Source: Mobula hypostoma
Lineage: Eukaryota
Reading direction: 5' to 3'
DNA length: 64,000 nt
Assembly (NCBI RefSeq): GCF_963921235.1
Contig: NC_086097.1
Location: 234,858,001-234,922,000, forward strand
A program made the position numbers and the translations under genes. Positions 50,276 to 62,879 of the stretch are shown in pieces (the first letter of the stretch is position 1; each line of letters begins with the position of its first letter). The notes beneath the pieces are model-generated. The model had not been told where the DNA came from. It did no database searches and saw only the letters and a list, made by a program, of their open reading frames with translations.

Positions 50276-50713
50276 AATCTAAGATTAGAAGACACACTCC
50301 CACCTCGTTGCATGCCTACTTATTTTCAAAAAAAATTATGAGAACGGCAGTGGTTTTGTGTCATGAGTCTGAATGAAGGGCCATAAATGTGACAAATATG
50401 ACACCTTAACAGCAGTCAGAATCCCGTTACTCAACTGGATGTCATTTATGTTCCATTATAGGAAGATAATAGAATTAAACTGTACAAGAGATTCCCAACT
50501 AAACACATTCTCTGCACCCTTTACTTAAAAATATCCAAAGTCAATTCATTTAATCCAAATAAGGTCATACTTGTTTAAAATCTCTGTCACAGTTAGGGAT
50601 GTTTCTGATTGCAGAAACATTATTTTTACCCATTCCCTTGCATGCCCTCCCCGTTCACTCCCCACACTCCACCATGCCCAGAACACCCTCTCGGAGTCAA
50701 ATTTAGACCAAGG

Positions 50714-52725
50714 CATAGAGGAAACATAGAAAATAGGTGCAGGAGTAGGCCATTCGGCCCTTCGAGCCTACACCGCCATTTATTATGATCATGGCTGATC
50801 ATCCAACTCAGAACCCCGCCCCAGCCTTCCCTCCATACCCCCTGATCCCCGTAACCACAAGGGCCATATCTAACTCCCTCTTAAATATAGCCAATGAACT
50901 GGCCTCAACTGTTTCCTGTGGCAGAGAATTCCACAGATTCACCACTCTCTGTGTGAAGAAGTTTTTCCTAATCTCGGTCCTAAAAGGCTTCCCCTTTATC
51001 CCCAAACTGTGACCCCTTGTTCTGGACTTCCCCAACATCGGGAACAATCTTCCTGCATCTAGCCTGTCCAATCCCTTTAGGATTTTATACGTTTCAATCA
51101 GATCCCCCCTCAATCTCTAAATTCCAACGAGTACAAGCCCAGTTCATCCAGTCTTTCTTCATATGAAAGTCCTGCCATCCCAGGAGTCAATCTGGTGAAC
51201 CTTCTTTGTACTCCCTCTATGGCAAGGATGCCTTTCCTCAGATTAGGGGACCAAAACTGCACACAATACTCCAGGTGTGGTCCCACCAAGGCCTTGTACA
51301 ACTGCAGTAGTACCTCCCTGCTCCTGTACTCGAATCCTCTCGCTATAAATGCCAGCATACCATTCGCCTTTTTCACCGCCTGCTGTACCTGCATGCCCAC
51401 TTTCAATGACTGGTGTATAATGACACCCAGGTCTCGTTGCACCTCCCCTTTTCCTAATCGGCCACCATTCAGATAATAATCTGTTTTCCTATTTTTGCCA
51501 CCAAAGTGGATAACTTCACATTTATCCACATTAAATTGCATCTGCCATGAATTTGCCCACTCACTCAACCTATCCAAGTCACTCTGCATCCTCTTAGCAT
51601 CCTCCTCACAGCTAACACTGCCACCCAGCTTCGTGTCATCCGCAAACTTGGAGATGCTGCATTTAATTCCCTCATCCAAGTCATTAATATATATTGTAAA
51701 CAACTGGGGTCCCAGCACTGAGCCTTGCGGTACCCCACTAGTCACCGCCTGCCATTCTGAAAAGGTACCGTTTTTTCCCACTCTTTGCTTCCTGTCTGCT
51801 AACCACATCAATACCTTACCCCCAATACCGTGTGCTTTAAGTTTGCACACTAATCTCCTGTGTGGGACCTTGTCAAAAGCCTTTTGAAAATCCAAATATA
51901 CCACATCCACTGGTTCTCCCCTATCCACTCTACTGGTTACATTCTCAAAAAATTCTATGAGATTCGTCAGACATGATTTTCCTTTCACAAATCCATGCTG
52001 ACTTTGTCCGATGATTTCACCGCTTTCCAAATGTGCTGTTATCACATCTTTGATAACTGGCTCCAACAGTATCCCCACCACCGACGTTAGGCTAACCGGT
52101 CTATAATTCCCTGGTTTCTCTCTCCCACCTTTTTTAAAAAATGGGGTTACATTAGCCACCCTCCAATCCTCAGGAACTAGTCCAGAATCTAACGAGTTTT
52201 GAAAAATTATCACTAATGCATCCACTATTTCTTGGGCTACTTCCTTAAGCACTCTAGGATGCAGACCATCTGGCCCTGGGGATTTATCTGCCTTCAATCC
52301 CTTCAATTTACCTAACACCACTTCCCTACTAACAAGTATTTCGCTCAGTTCCTCCATCTCACTGGACCCTCTGTCCCCTACTATTTCTGGAAGATTATTT
52401 ATGTCCTCCTTAGTGAAGACAGAACCAAAGTAATTATTCAATCAGTCTGCCTTGTCCATGCTCCCCATAACCAATTCACCTGTTTCTGTCTATAGGGGAC
52501 CTACATTTGTCTTTATCAGTCTTTTCCTTTTTACATATCTATAAAAGCTTTTACAGTCCGTTTTTATGTTCCCTGCCAGTTTTCTCTCATAATCTCTTTT
52601 CCCCTTCCTAATTAAGCCCTTTGTCCTCCTCTGCTGAACTCTGAATTTCTCCCAGTCCTCAGGTGAGCCACTTTCTCTGGCTAATTTGTATGCTTCTTCT
52701 TTGGAATTGATACTATCCCTAATTT
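50714..52725 (-). mobile_element. Young 5'-truncated CR1 with intact RT core and one 3' frameshift
   Basis: ORF 51110-52441 (443 aa; GNYRPVSLTS, SGVPQGSVLGP, KFADDTK) and 50808-51113; aaacatagaaa tail. Confidence 0.95.
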
Positions 52726-53637
52726 TTATTACCCAACAGACTGTAACAGAGTGGTAGTCTGCAGAAAGGAAACCCAGCGTTTAGAAATAATATTTGTTTA
52801 AATAATTACATTTATTCGGGTATGCTGCTGCAGATAAGGGAAGTGATTAAATATAATAAACAGAATTAATATTGGAATTTTGCTGAATCATTCCTGTGCT
52901 TCAGACTTCAAAGTTCAAAGTGAAGTAAACTTTTATCAAAGTAGATATATGTCACCATATCCTACTCTGAGATTCATTTTCATGCAGGCATTCATGTAGA
53001 ACAAAGAAACACATTAGCAATAAAAAAACTGCACACAAAGACTGACAAACAACTAATGTACAAAAGGTGATATTTTTAGTTTTCTTTTATGGTTTAAGTA
53101 TTCAAGTATTCATCCATTCCCATTCACACCCAATTCATATTCAAATCCATCAACATTATGGCCTATCCCATTTTCTCTTCCATTCATCTAATTTGGATAA
53201 TCATTAATCTCCCCTTCACTTTTATCGACCAGCTTCATGTTCTAAACCACCAGGGTCCATGCAATGGATCTTCTCCATAAAGACCATTGTCACCTCGGCT
53301 CTTTATTTTCTTCAAACCTGCTTAAATCATGCCTTTTTCAGCAGGTTGTCAGCTGCCATAGATCTTTAATTAAATACATCATCAATTTTCCATGTTGTTG
53401 GCTGTATAAAGTGAAACCTTGTTGTTTAACAATAATTTGCTGCAGAGATATTAGGGATTGAACAGTTTCAGCCTATAATCACCATCCACTCATTTCAAAA
53501 GATGATAACAAGCATCGGGAATGATCATTCATTGCATGCAATATATAGAAGTAAACAGGGTGAAATGAGAAGGAAAATTGGATGAACATCTACTTTGTTG
53601 AATCTGTACACGCTTTGTACTGATGCATATTTTTCAG

Positions 53638-53719
53638 GACTATGAGAATCAGAAACCTCATATCCAAAGGAGTGCTGTACCCTGACAGCTACTGTTACTA
53701 TAACAACCAATGGTCTAAA
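53638..53719 (+). other. Candidate exon (82 nt), product unknown
   Basis: tactgat branch-like site, atatttttcag acceptor, AAA|GTATGT donor, one open frame TMRIRNLISKGVLYPDSYCYYNNQWSK. Confidence 0.3.
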
Positions 53720-53914
53720 GTATGTTTCTATAACAATTTTGTCCGAGACAGACATCTCAAGGTACATAATAGAAGCAAAATTAGTTAAATATTACCACCA
53801 GTCCAAATATTATCAAATGGAAAACATGACCAAATAAGTTTTGAGGAAAACCTCGGAGGAGGCAAAGACATACATCATTTTTGAAATTATATTTCATAGC
53901 TATATTCTATATGC

Positions 53915-54498
53915 TATATTTCAACAGGAGTTTGAGGAGATTTTGTATGTCACCTAAAACACTCGCAAATTTCTACAGACATACCTTGGAGAACATTTTA
54001 ATTGGCTGCATCACCATCTGGCATGGGGGGTGGGTGGGCTCTACTGTACAGGATAGAAGCAAGCTGCAGAGAGTTGTAAAATTAGCCATCTCCATCATAG
54101 GCACCATCCTCCACAGCATCCATGTCAAGTTCAAGGAGCAATGCCTCAGAAAGCTGGCCACCATCATCAAGCACCTCCACCACCCAGGACACGCCCTCGT
54201 CTGATTGCTACCATCAGAAAGGAGGTACAGAAACCTGTAGGCACACATTTAACAGTTCAGAAACAGCTTCTCCCCCCTGCCATCCAATTTCTGAATGGAC
54301 CTTGAACCCACAAACACTACCTCACTACTTCTTAACTTCCATTTTTGCCCTACTTATTTAATTTAACTATTTAATACATCTATTCATACTGTAATTCACA
54401 GTTTTCTCCCTATTATTATGTATTGCATTGTACTGCTGTCACAAAATTAACAAATCTCACAACATATGCCGGTGATAATAAACCTGATTCTGATTCTG
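53915..54498 (+). mobile_element. Rex1/Babar-type 3' end
   Basis: SPKTLANFYR...ENILIGCIT, HPGHAL; aataaacctgattctgattctg tail. Confidence 0.85.
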
Positions 54499-55099
54499 GC
54501 TTTAGGCTTGGTGGCTGATGAGGAGGTAGAAAAGAGTTGGGAGAGCAAAAGTCAGATTTGGAGGAATACCAAATCTGCAAGTAGTTTGGTGACTTGGGAC
54601 TGTTAATGGTGATTTAGACAGCAATGTCCATTAATAACTAAGAGTAAGATAATACCAAACAGACAATATACAAGATGAGAACCTGAATTGATGTGTCCAC
54701 AAGTCCAATCTGGAAGGAAGAGGCCCAAATTCATAAGCCCACTGAAGACTAGAGGCTGAAGACTACCTATTCTCGGTCTTCTGGGGACTGTCTGTGTGTA
54801 TGCTTCAGGTGGGAATGGGGCTCCCTTTGCTCTTGAAGTTTTGTTGTTGTTATTCTGTTGAACATTGTGAGCATGCTCTGTTGACGTTGGAATTGTGGCA
54901 ACACGTAGAGCACATCCATAGGTTGAGGTGGTTGTTAACACGAATGGCACATTTTAGATAAAATGTCATGCAGATGGTCTCTGATTATATGATAAATCAT
55001 ATTATCAATGAAGCTCATGCAGATTTTCACACATGTTCAATTTCACTTTATGGAGGGCCAAAGAAAGGAGGAGGTCATCTGAGGCATTAGAATGTAGTA

Positions 55100-56585
55100 A
55101 ACTGGGTCACCAAATTTGCAGATGACACCAAGTTTGAGGGTGTAGTTGACTATCAAAGCTTGCAGCAGGATCTGGGAACAGCTGTAAAAATGGCATATTA
55201 TGGAATTTAATGCAGAAAAGTGTGAAATTGCCTTTGGGAGGGCCAACCAGGGTAGGTCTTACACAGTAAATGGTAGGACTCTGAGGAGCTGAGTAGAAAA
55301 GAGGGATCTGGGAATACAGATCCACAATTCCTTGTAAGTGATGTCACATGTAAGTAGGATTATATAGAAAGCTTTTGGCACTTTTATACCTTATACTTTA
55401 TTGTCGCCAAACAATTGATTCTAGAGCGTACAATCATCACAGCGACATTTGATCCTGCTCTTCGTGCTCCCTGGAGTACAAATCGATAGTAAACATTAAA
55501 AATTTAAATTATAAATCATAAATAGAAAATAGAAAAATGGAAAGTAAAGTAGTGCAAAAAAACCAAGAGGCAGGTCCGGATATTTGGAGGATACGGCCCA
55601 GATCCGGGTCAGGATCCGTTCAGCAGTCTTATCACAGTTGGAAAGAAGCTGTTCCCAAATCTGGCCGTACAAATCTTCAAGCTCCTGAGCCTTCTCCCAG
55701 AGGGAAGAGAGACGAAAAGTGTGTTGGCTGGGTGGGTCGTGTCCTTGATTATCCTGGCAGCGCTGCTCCGACAGCGTGTGGTGTAAAGTGAGTCCAAGGA
55801 TGGAAGATTGGTTTGTGTGATGTGCTGGGCTGCGTTCACGATCTTCTGCAGCTACTTCCAGTCTTGGACAGGACAACTTCCATACCAGGATGTGACGCAC
55901 CCCAGAAGAATGCTTTCTACGGTGCATCTATAAAAATTAGTGAGGATTTTAGGGGACAGGTCAAATTTCCTTAGCTTCCTCAGGAAGTAAAGGCGCTGGT
56001 GGGCCTTCTTGGCAGTGGACTCTGCTTGTTTGGACCAAGTCAGGTCATTTGTGATGTTGACCCCGAGGAACTTAAAGCTTTTGGCCTGTTCCACTTGCGC
56101 ACCACTGATGTAAATGGGATCGTGCGGTCCACTACTCCTTCTGAAGTCAAAAACCAATTCCTTCATCTTGCTGACGTTGAGGGATAGGTTATTGTCTTCG
56201 CACCATGCCACCAGGTTCTTAATTTCCTCTCTGTACTCAAACTCATCATTACCCGAGATACAGCCTACAATTGTGGTGTCATCAGCAAACTTATATATTG
56301 AGTTCGATGGAAACTTGGCTACACAATCATGGATGTACAGTGAGTACAGCAGGGGGCTGAGTACACAGCCTTGTGGGGCACCGGTGCTCAGAGTGATTGT
56401 AGAGGAGAGCTTGTCCCCTATTTTTACAGCCTCCATGGCCTTAATAAATCAAAGTACTAACTACAGGAGTTGGGATGTTAGGCTGAAATTGTATAAGATG
56501 TTGTTGAGGCCTAATTTGAAGTAGTGTGTTCAGCTTTGGTCACCTACCTACAGGAAAGAACAAAAAGATTGAAAGAGTGCAGAAT
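55100..56585 (+). mobile_element. Decayed CR1 RT fragment split by a Rex1-type insertion
   Basis: aaatttgcagatgacacc (KFADDT); aaagcttttggcac | atggccttaataaatcaaag continuity across the insert. Confidence 0.75.
55383..56432 (-). mobile_element. Young 5'-truncated Rex1/Babar-type LINE (RT end and 3' UTR)
   Basis: ORF 55852-56436 ([29 protein letters not shown]) and 55609-55839; AATAAA tail at ~55397. Confidence 0.92.
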
Positions 56586-58854
56586 TTTTTTTCTGCAGAA
56601 GTGGTTTGCTATTGCCTTTTACTAGGCAGCATCTTTACAAGACAAGTGACCCCAGCTATTATCAATACTCTTCAGAAATGGTTTTCCTGGTGCCAGGGAT
56701 TTTGATATGCTCCACCTGCTCCCATGGCTTCAGGTGACCTTGATCATGGGGCTAAGCAGGTGGCACACCTTTCCCATTAAAGTTCCATCTGCAGATGGAC
56801 TGAAATAGGGATGGAGTTGCTGAAATTCAGGAGTGGTCTTTGTAATGGAGAGAATATTGGGACCTGAGAACCTATTGTTTTAATGAAACAATCTATGGGA
56901 CCCTGATATAGGAAAAATGTAGGAATCTGAATGTGGTATATTAAGACTAAAATAGAAATTGTGGCAGAAAGAGCTTGTTAGGGTGACTTACATTTGTCTG
57001 ATGCTAGGATTGTAGTTTCCACCACTTTGCAGTACATTGGCTCGACTCTGAGGAAAGGGATCTGAAGAATTATTTCTGAAACAAGGATCCTCAGGATCCT
57101 ACTGTGGCATTCTACCTCACACAGTTCCACAGCGAGTTAATAAAAATTGCTGCCAAAATCTATCAGGATAAGTCAAAGGAACAGAACCAGAATTCAAATT
57201 CAAGAATTAAGGGGAGAAAGATCTGCCAAGTGTAAATGATTTTATATTTTTATTTACTAGAAGCATGAATAGAACAAGCAAGAAATAGTTCTTAAGTCAG
57301 AATTTATTGGTATAGCTTTTAGTGATGAAAAATGTTACTTTGTTGTTTAGTTTTTTTTTGGTCCTGATTTGAGTAAAATGATGGCAAACTGTGTTTTTAA
57401 TTATTTATACTTCAGAGCCGAATAATTTTCTTGAGTGCAGCAATACGTTTGTGACAATTATTCTCAACATTGGTACTCAAGGTTACATCCACAGACTTTT
57501 ACTCTAGATTCAATTGTATTTTCATTGATTTCTTTGTTCAACTGTGACTGCTGCAAGAAAATGTGTTGTAGGGTAATATATGGTGACATATACATAGGTT
57601 TCCTTTAAACTTGTACACTCCATCTGCAAGTTTGTAGATAATAATACTGTAGTGAGCTGCATCTTAAGTAACGATTAGTCAGAGTGCAGCAAGGAGATAG
57701 AGAGCCCAGTGACATGGTGTCATAACAACAAAATTTACATCAAAATCAGCAAAACCAAAGAGGCGGTCATCGACTTCTGTTAAGTGGGCAGTGCCCATGC
57801 TTCTGTTTATATCAAGTGCTGAAGTTGATAGGGCTGAGATCTACAAGTATTTGCAGAATTAGAGCTATGTAGCAACTATTCTTTGTGTTAAATCTGTATC
57901 CTTATCATTCAAAATGCATAATCAAACATGGAATTATCCGCTTGTATTTATTAATATTTTTAGGTACTCGGTGACTTAAATGCAGTCTTCAGTCATTGTT
58001 GTAATACCATTCGTGACCTCTGAGTTTTTGAATTTCAATTAAATTATCACAATTGCCAGTGGAACTTACCCAAGACCATGACTGTTACAAATACTATTTC
58101 ACTGAAATATAAATCTTCTTTTGGAAAGGGATGACTAATTTGTAGCAATTACATGGTATATTTTGTTTTCATCAAAAATTTCATAAGGGAGAACTATCAC
58201 ATAACACATTATTTGTGATTACAACGCTATATAATTAATTTAATCTTAAAGTTTATAAATGTTTTGTGCAGCATTTTTATTTTGTAAGGAAATACATTTC
58301 CAGTATTGTCAGAATCAGAGCAGCCTGAATTGCATATAATACTAAATAATTTCATTGTTCTGTCAGAAAATATAAACACAAAGGTTTCACATGAACAATT
58401 TGCACAGTTAATAAGTAAAAGTAACATTTAGTAGTAACCACTCAAAGAGAGATGGCATTTTAAAGTTCAGTAATGGAAAACTCAAGGGGCAGAAAGCCAT
58501 TCCTATTGTACTGTTGATAAATAACCTCATTTTATAATGTGCAGTGCTAACACAATTTAGTGATATTCCTAAACTGTATATTTTAACACCACTATTAACA
58601 GGCTTTTTGTTTGCTTGTTAATTATTGTACCATGTGCGAGCAAATCCCATTCAAAGTGCTGGAATAAGAGAAACCAATAGAAATTAGCAGTCTGTCATAC
58701 AGCCCCTCGAACTGCAGTCTGTTGTACAGAGGAAACAATAGTGCACATACTGTATCTGGCACAGGGCAAATGGAAATGCCGACAAACACCAGAGAACAGT
58801 TAAAGAACCTGCTTAAAGGACCCAAGGCATGTTAGTGATCATTTCCGGGTACGT

Positions 58855-58990
58855 CAGTGATGTGCAGGAGCACCTCTGAACACATGTTGTAACTGGAAGT
58901 GAATGGGCACAGCAGAAGACCAAAAGCATGCATTCGGTGGCCAGTTTATCAGATACACAAGGTACCTAATAAAATGCCTACTTAGTGTAC
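58855..58990. mobile_element. Partial Tc1/mariner-type MITE
   Basis: Imperfect inverted pair cattcggtggccagtttatcagatac / gtacctaataaaatgcctacttagtgta. Confidence 0.5.
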
Positions 58991-59353
58991 ATATTTTGAT
59001 CATATATTTATTGTGAACTTCAACCTTGAATATTATTACCAAACTATGTATGTTACCATATTCTACCTCAAGATTCATTTTCTTAGACTATAGACCAGAA
59101 GACATAAGAGCAGAATTAGGTCATTTGGTTCATCGAGTCTGCTCTGCCATTCGATCATGGCTGATCCACTTTCCTCCTCCTCAGCCCCACACCCCAACCT
59201 TCTCCTTTTAACATTTAATGTTGTGTCCAATCAAGAACCTGTCCGGTTCTGCCTTAAGTACACCCAATGACCTAGCCTCCACAGCTGCTTGTGGTACCGG
59301 ATTCCACAAATTCACCACCAGGTGGCTGAAGAAATTTCTCTGCACTCTTAGAC

Positions 59354-59646
59354 AGAGGTATATAAAATTATGATGGGTATAGATAGAGTGAATGCAAGCA
59401 GGCTTTTTCCACTGAGGCAAGGGGAGAAAAAAACCAGAGTGGTGGGAGTATGGAATGAGCTGCCAGACGAAGTGGTAAATGTGGGTTCTTTTTTAACATT
59501 TAAGAATAAATTGGACAGATACATGGATGGGAGGTGTATGGAGGGATATGGTCCGTGTGCAGGTCAGTGGGACTAGGCAGAAAATGGGTCGGCACAGCCA
59601 AGAAGGGCCAAAAGGCCTGTTTCTGTGCTGTAGTTTCTATGGTTTC
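59354..59646 (+). mobile_element. Short copy of the 33826-36625 CR1 subfamily with an internal deletion
   Basis: Near-identical to ~36258-36625 except for a missing ~65-bp block. Confidence 0.9.
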
Positions 59647-61769
59647 CTCTATCCTGAGGCTGTGCCCTCTTGCCCTAGACACACCCACCATGGGAGACAT
59701 CCTTTCCACATCCACTCTCTCTAGGCCTTTCAACATTTGAAAGTTTCAATGATATCCCCTCCCATCCTTCTAAATTCCAGTAAGTACAAACCCAGGGCTA
59801 GCAAACGTTCCTCGTGCATTAACCCTTTCATTCCTGGAATCATCCTTGTGAACCTCCTCTGAACCTGCTGCAATGCCAGCAAATCTTTTCTAAGACGAGC
59901 CCAAAACTGTCACAATACTCAAGGTGAGGCCTCACCAGTGCCTTATAAAGTCTCAGCATCACACCCCTGCTCTTGTATTCTAGACTTCTTGACAAGAATG
60001 CTAACGTTGCATTTGCCTTCCTCACCACTGACTCTATAGCAAGTTAACCTTCAGGGTGTCCTGCACAAGGACTCCCAAAGTCCCTTTGTATCTCAGGTAT
60101 TTGGATTTTCTCTCTGTTTACAAAATAGTCTGTACATTTATTTCTACCACCAAGGTGCATGACCATGCTTTTTCCAATATTGTATTTCATTTACTAATTT
60201 ATTGCGCATTCTCCTAATCTGTCGATGTCCTTCTGCAGCCTATCTGTTTTCACAATGCTACCTGACCCTCCGGCAATCTTGCATCATCAGCAAACCTGGC
60301 AACAAAGCCATCTATTCCATCATCAAAAATTATTGATATACAGCATAAAAAGTAGTCCCACCACTGACCCCTGTGGAACACAACCAGACACTGGCAATCT
60401 TTTATTCCTACTCACTGCCTCCTACAATCAGCCAATGCTCCAACCATGCCAGCATCTTTCCTATAATACCATGGGCTCCTAACTTGGTAAGCAGCCTCAT
60501 ATGTGGCACCTTGTCAAATGCCTTCTGAACCTCCAATATACAGCATCTACTACATCCCCTTTATCTACCCTTTCTGCTGCCTTCTTCCTTTCTTAAAGAG
60601 TGGAATGAGATGTGCAGTTTTCCAGTTCTCTGGCAACATGCCAGAGTCCAATGGTTTTTGGAAGATCATTACTAATGCCTGTACAATCTCTACCACTATC
60701 TCTTTCAGAACCCTAGGATACAGTTGATCTGGTCTGGGTGACGTATGTACCCTTAGATCTTTCTGCTATTAGCATCTTCTTCCTTGTAATAGTAACTGCA
60801 CTCACATCTCTTCCCTCACACTCCTCAATATCTAGCACACTGCTAGTGTCTTCCACAGTGAAGAATGATTAAAAATGCTCATTTAGTTCATCTGCCATCT
60901 CCTTGTCCCCATTATTATTTCCTCCGGCCTCATTTTCTAGCAGTCCTACGTCCACTCTCGTCTCTTTTATTTTTTGCCTAGTTGAAAAAGATTTTACTAT
61001 CCACTTTGATATTGTTTGCTAGCTTGCTTTCATATTTCATCTTTTCCATCCTAATGATTCTTTTAGTTGTTCTCTGCAGGTTTTTTTTTAAAAAACAACT
61101 TCCCAATCCTCTATATTCCCACTTTGTTGTATGCCCTCTCTTTTGCTTTTACATTAGCTTTGACTTCCCTTGTCAGCCACAGTTGTACTACTTTGTCACT
61201 TGAATAATTCTTCATTTTTGGAAAATATCTTCCCTGCACCTTTCCCATCGTTCCCAGAAATTCATGCCATTGCTTCTCTGCTGTCATCCCTGCCATCATC
61301 TCCTTCCAGCTTACTTTGGTCAACTCCTTTCTCAAACCATTGTAATTTTCTTTTCTCCTCTGAAATACTGCTACATCATACTACTTCCTCCCCATCAAAT
61401 TTCAAGTTGAACTTAGTCATATTATGATCACTGCCTCCAAAGGGTTCTTTTACCAATAAGCTCCCTAATCACCTCCAGTTCATTACTTAAATTCCAATCC
61501 AGTATAGCTGATCCCTGGGGGGTTCAACAACAAACTGCTCTAAAAATCCATTTCGTAGGCATTCAACAAGCTCACTCACCTGATTTTTCCAATTGAGCTG
61601 CATGTTGAAATCTCCCATGACTATCATACCATTGCCCTTTTGCTATGCCTTTTCTATTTCCTATTGTAATCTCTGGTCCATATCCCAGCTACTTTTGGGA
61701 GGCCTGTATATAACTGCCATCAGGGTCCTTTTACCCTTGCATTTTCTTAAATCAACACATAAGGATTCT

Positions 61770-62262
61770 GCTTTCCGCAGGGATCGCTCCGTATGTGACT
61801 CCATTGTCCATTCGTCCCCCCATCCCTCCCCACTGATCTCCCTCCTGGCACTTATCCTTGTAAGCGGAACAAGTGCTACACATGCCCTTACACTTCCTCC
61901 CTTACCACCATTCAGGGCCCCAGACAGTCCTTCAGGTGAGGCGACACTTTACCTGTGAGTCGGCTGGGGTGATATACTGCGTCCGGTGCTCCCGATGTGG
62001 CCTTTTATATATTGGCGAGACCCGACGCAGACTGGGAGACTGCTTTGCTGAACACCTACGCTCTGTCCACCAGAGAAAGCAGGATCTCCCAGTGGCCACA
62101 CATTTTAATTCCACATCCCATTCCCATTCTGATATGTCTATCCACAGCCTCCTCTACTGTAAAGATGAAGCCACATCCAGGTTGGAGGAACAACACCTTA
62201 TATTCCATCTGGGTAGCCTCCAACCTGATGGCATGAACACTGACTTCTCCAACTTCCGCTAA
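61770..62262 (+). pseudogene. Penelope-like Cys-rich linker and GIY-YIG endonuclease, frameshifted
   Basis: PCKRNKCYTC in an upstream frame; FTCESAGVIYCVRCSRCGLLYIGETRRRLGDCFAEH...PVATHFN...LQPDGMN in ORF 61873-62262. Confidence 0.9.
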
Positions 62263-62559
62263 TGCTTCCCCCTCGTACCCCATCCGTTATTTATTTATAT
62301 ACACACATTCTCTCTCTCTCTCTCTCTCTCTCTCCTTTTTCTCCCTCTGACCCTCTGACTATACCCTTTGCCCATCCTCTGGGTTCCCCCCCACTGTCTT
62401 TCTCCCTAGGCCTCCTGTCCCATGATCCTCTCATATCCCCTTTGCCAATCACCTGTCCAGCTCTTGGCTCCATCCCTCCCCCTCCTGTCTTCTCCTATCA
62501 TTTTGGATCTCCCCCTCCCCCTCCCACTTTCAAATCTCTTACCAACTCTTCCTTCAGTA

Positions 62560-62595
62560 AGTCCTGACGAAGGGTCTCGGCCTGAAACGTTGTCT
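62560..62595 (+). ncRNA. Hammerhead ribozyme motif, variant
   Basis: AGTC-CTGACGA-AGG..CCT-GAAAC-GTT-GTCT: GUU triplet and one stem I mismatch. Confidence 0.55.
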
Positions 62596-62879
62596 GTACC
62601 TCTTCCTAGAGATGCTGCCTGGCCTGCTGCGTTCACCAGCAACTTTGATGTGTGTTACATAAGGATTCAACACCTTTTGATCCTACGTCACATCTTACTA
62701 ATGATTTGATGCCATTCTTTACCAGGAGAGACACTCCATCCCCTCTGCCAACCTTCCTATCACTCAGATACAACATATAACCTTGGACATTCAGCTCCAT
62801 GCGGCAACCATCCTTCAGCCACGATTCAGTGATTGCCACATCATACTCGACAATCTGGCGGGCTTATCACTAGCAAGAA

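Larger units (their letters stand above)
61769..62656 (+). mobile_element. 5'-truncated Penelope-like retroelement (GIY-YIG endonuclease, 3' UTR, terminal repeat)
   Basis: Perfect 12-bp TSD acataaggattc at 61757-61768 and 62657-62668; GIY-YIG coding; CT-rich UTR; hammerhead-type motif at 62560-62595. Confidence 0.93.
59085..62845 (-). mobile_element. Decayed CR1 ORF2 (EN to 3' end) with nested CR1 and Penelope insertions
   Basis: AITESW...RGDGVSLLV (62633-62839), RPHLEYC (59840-60028), RNFFSHLVVNLWN. Confidence 0.85.
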
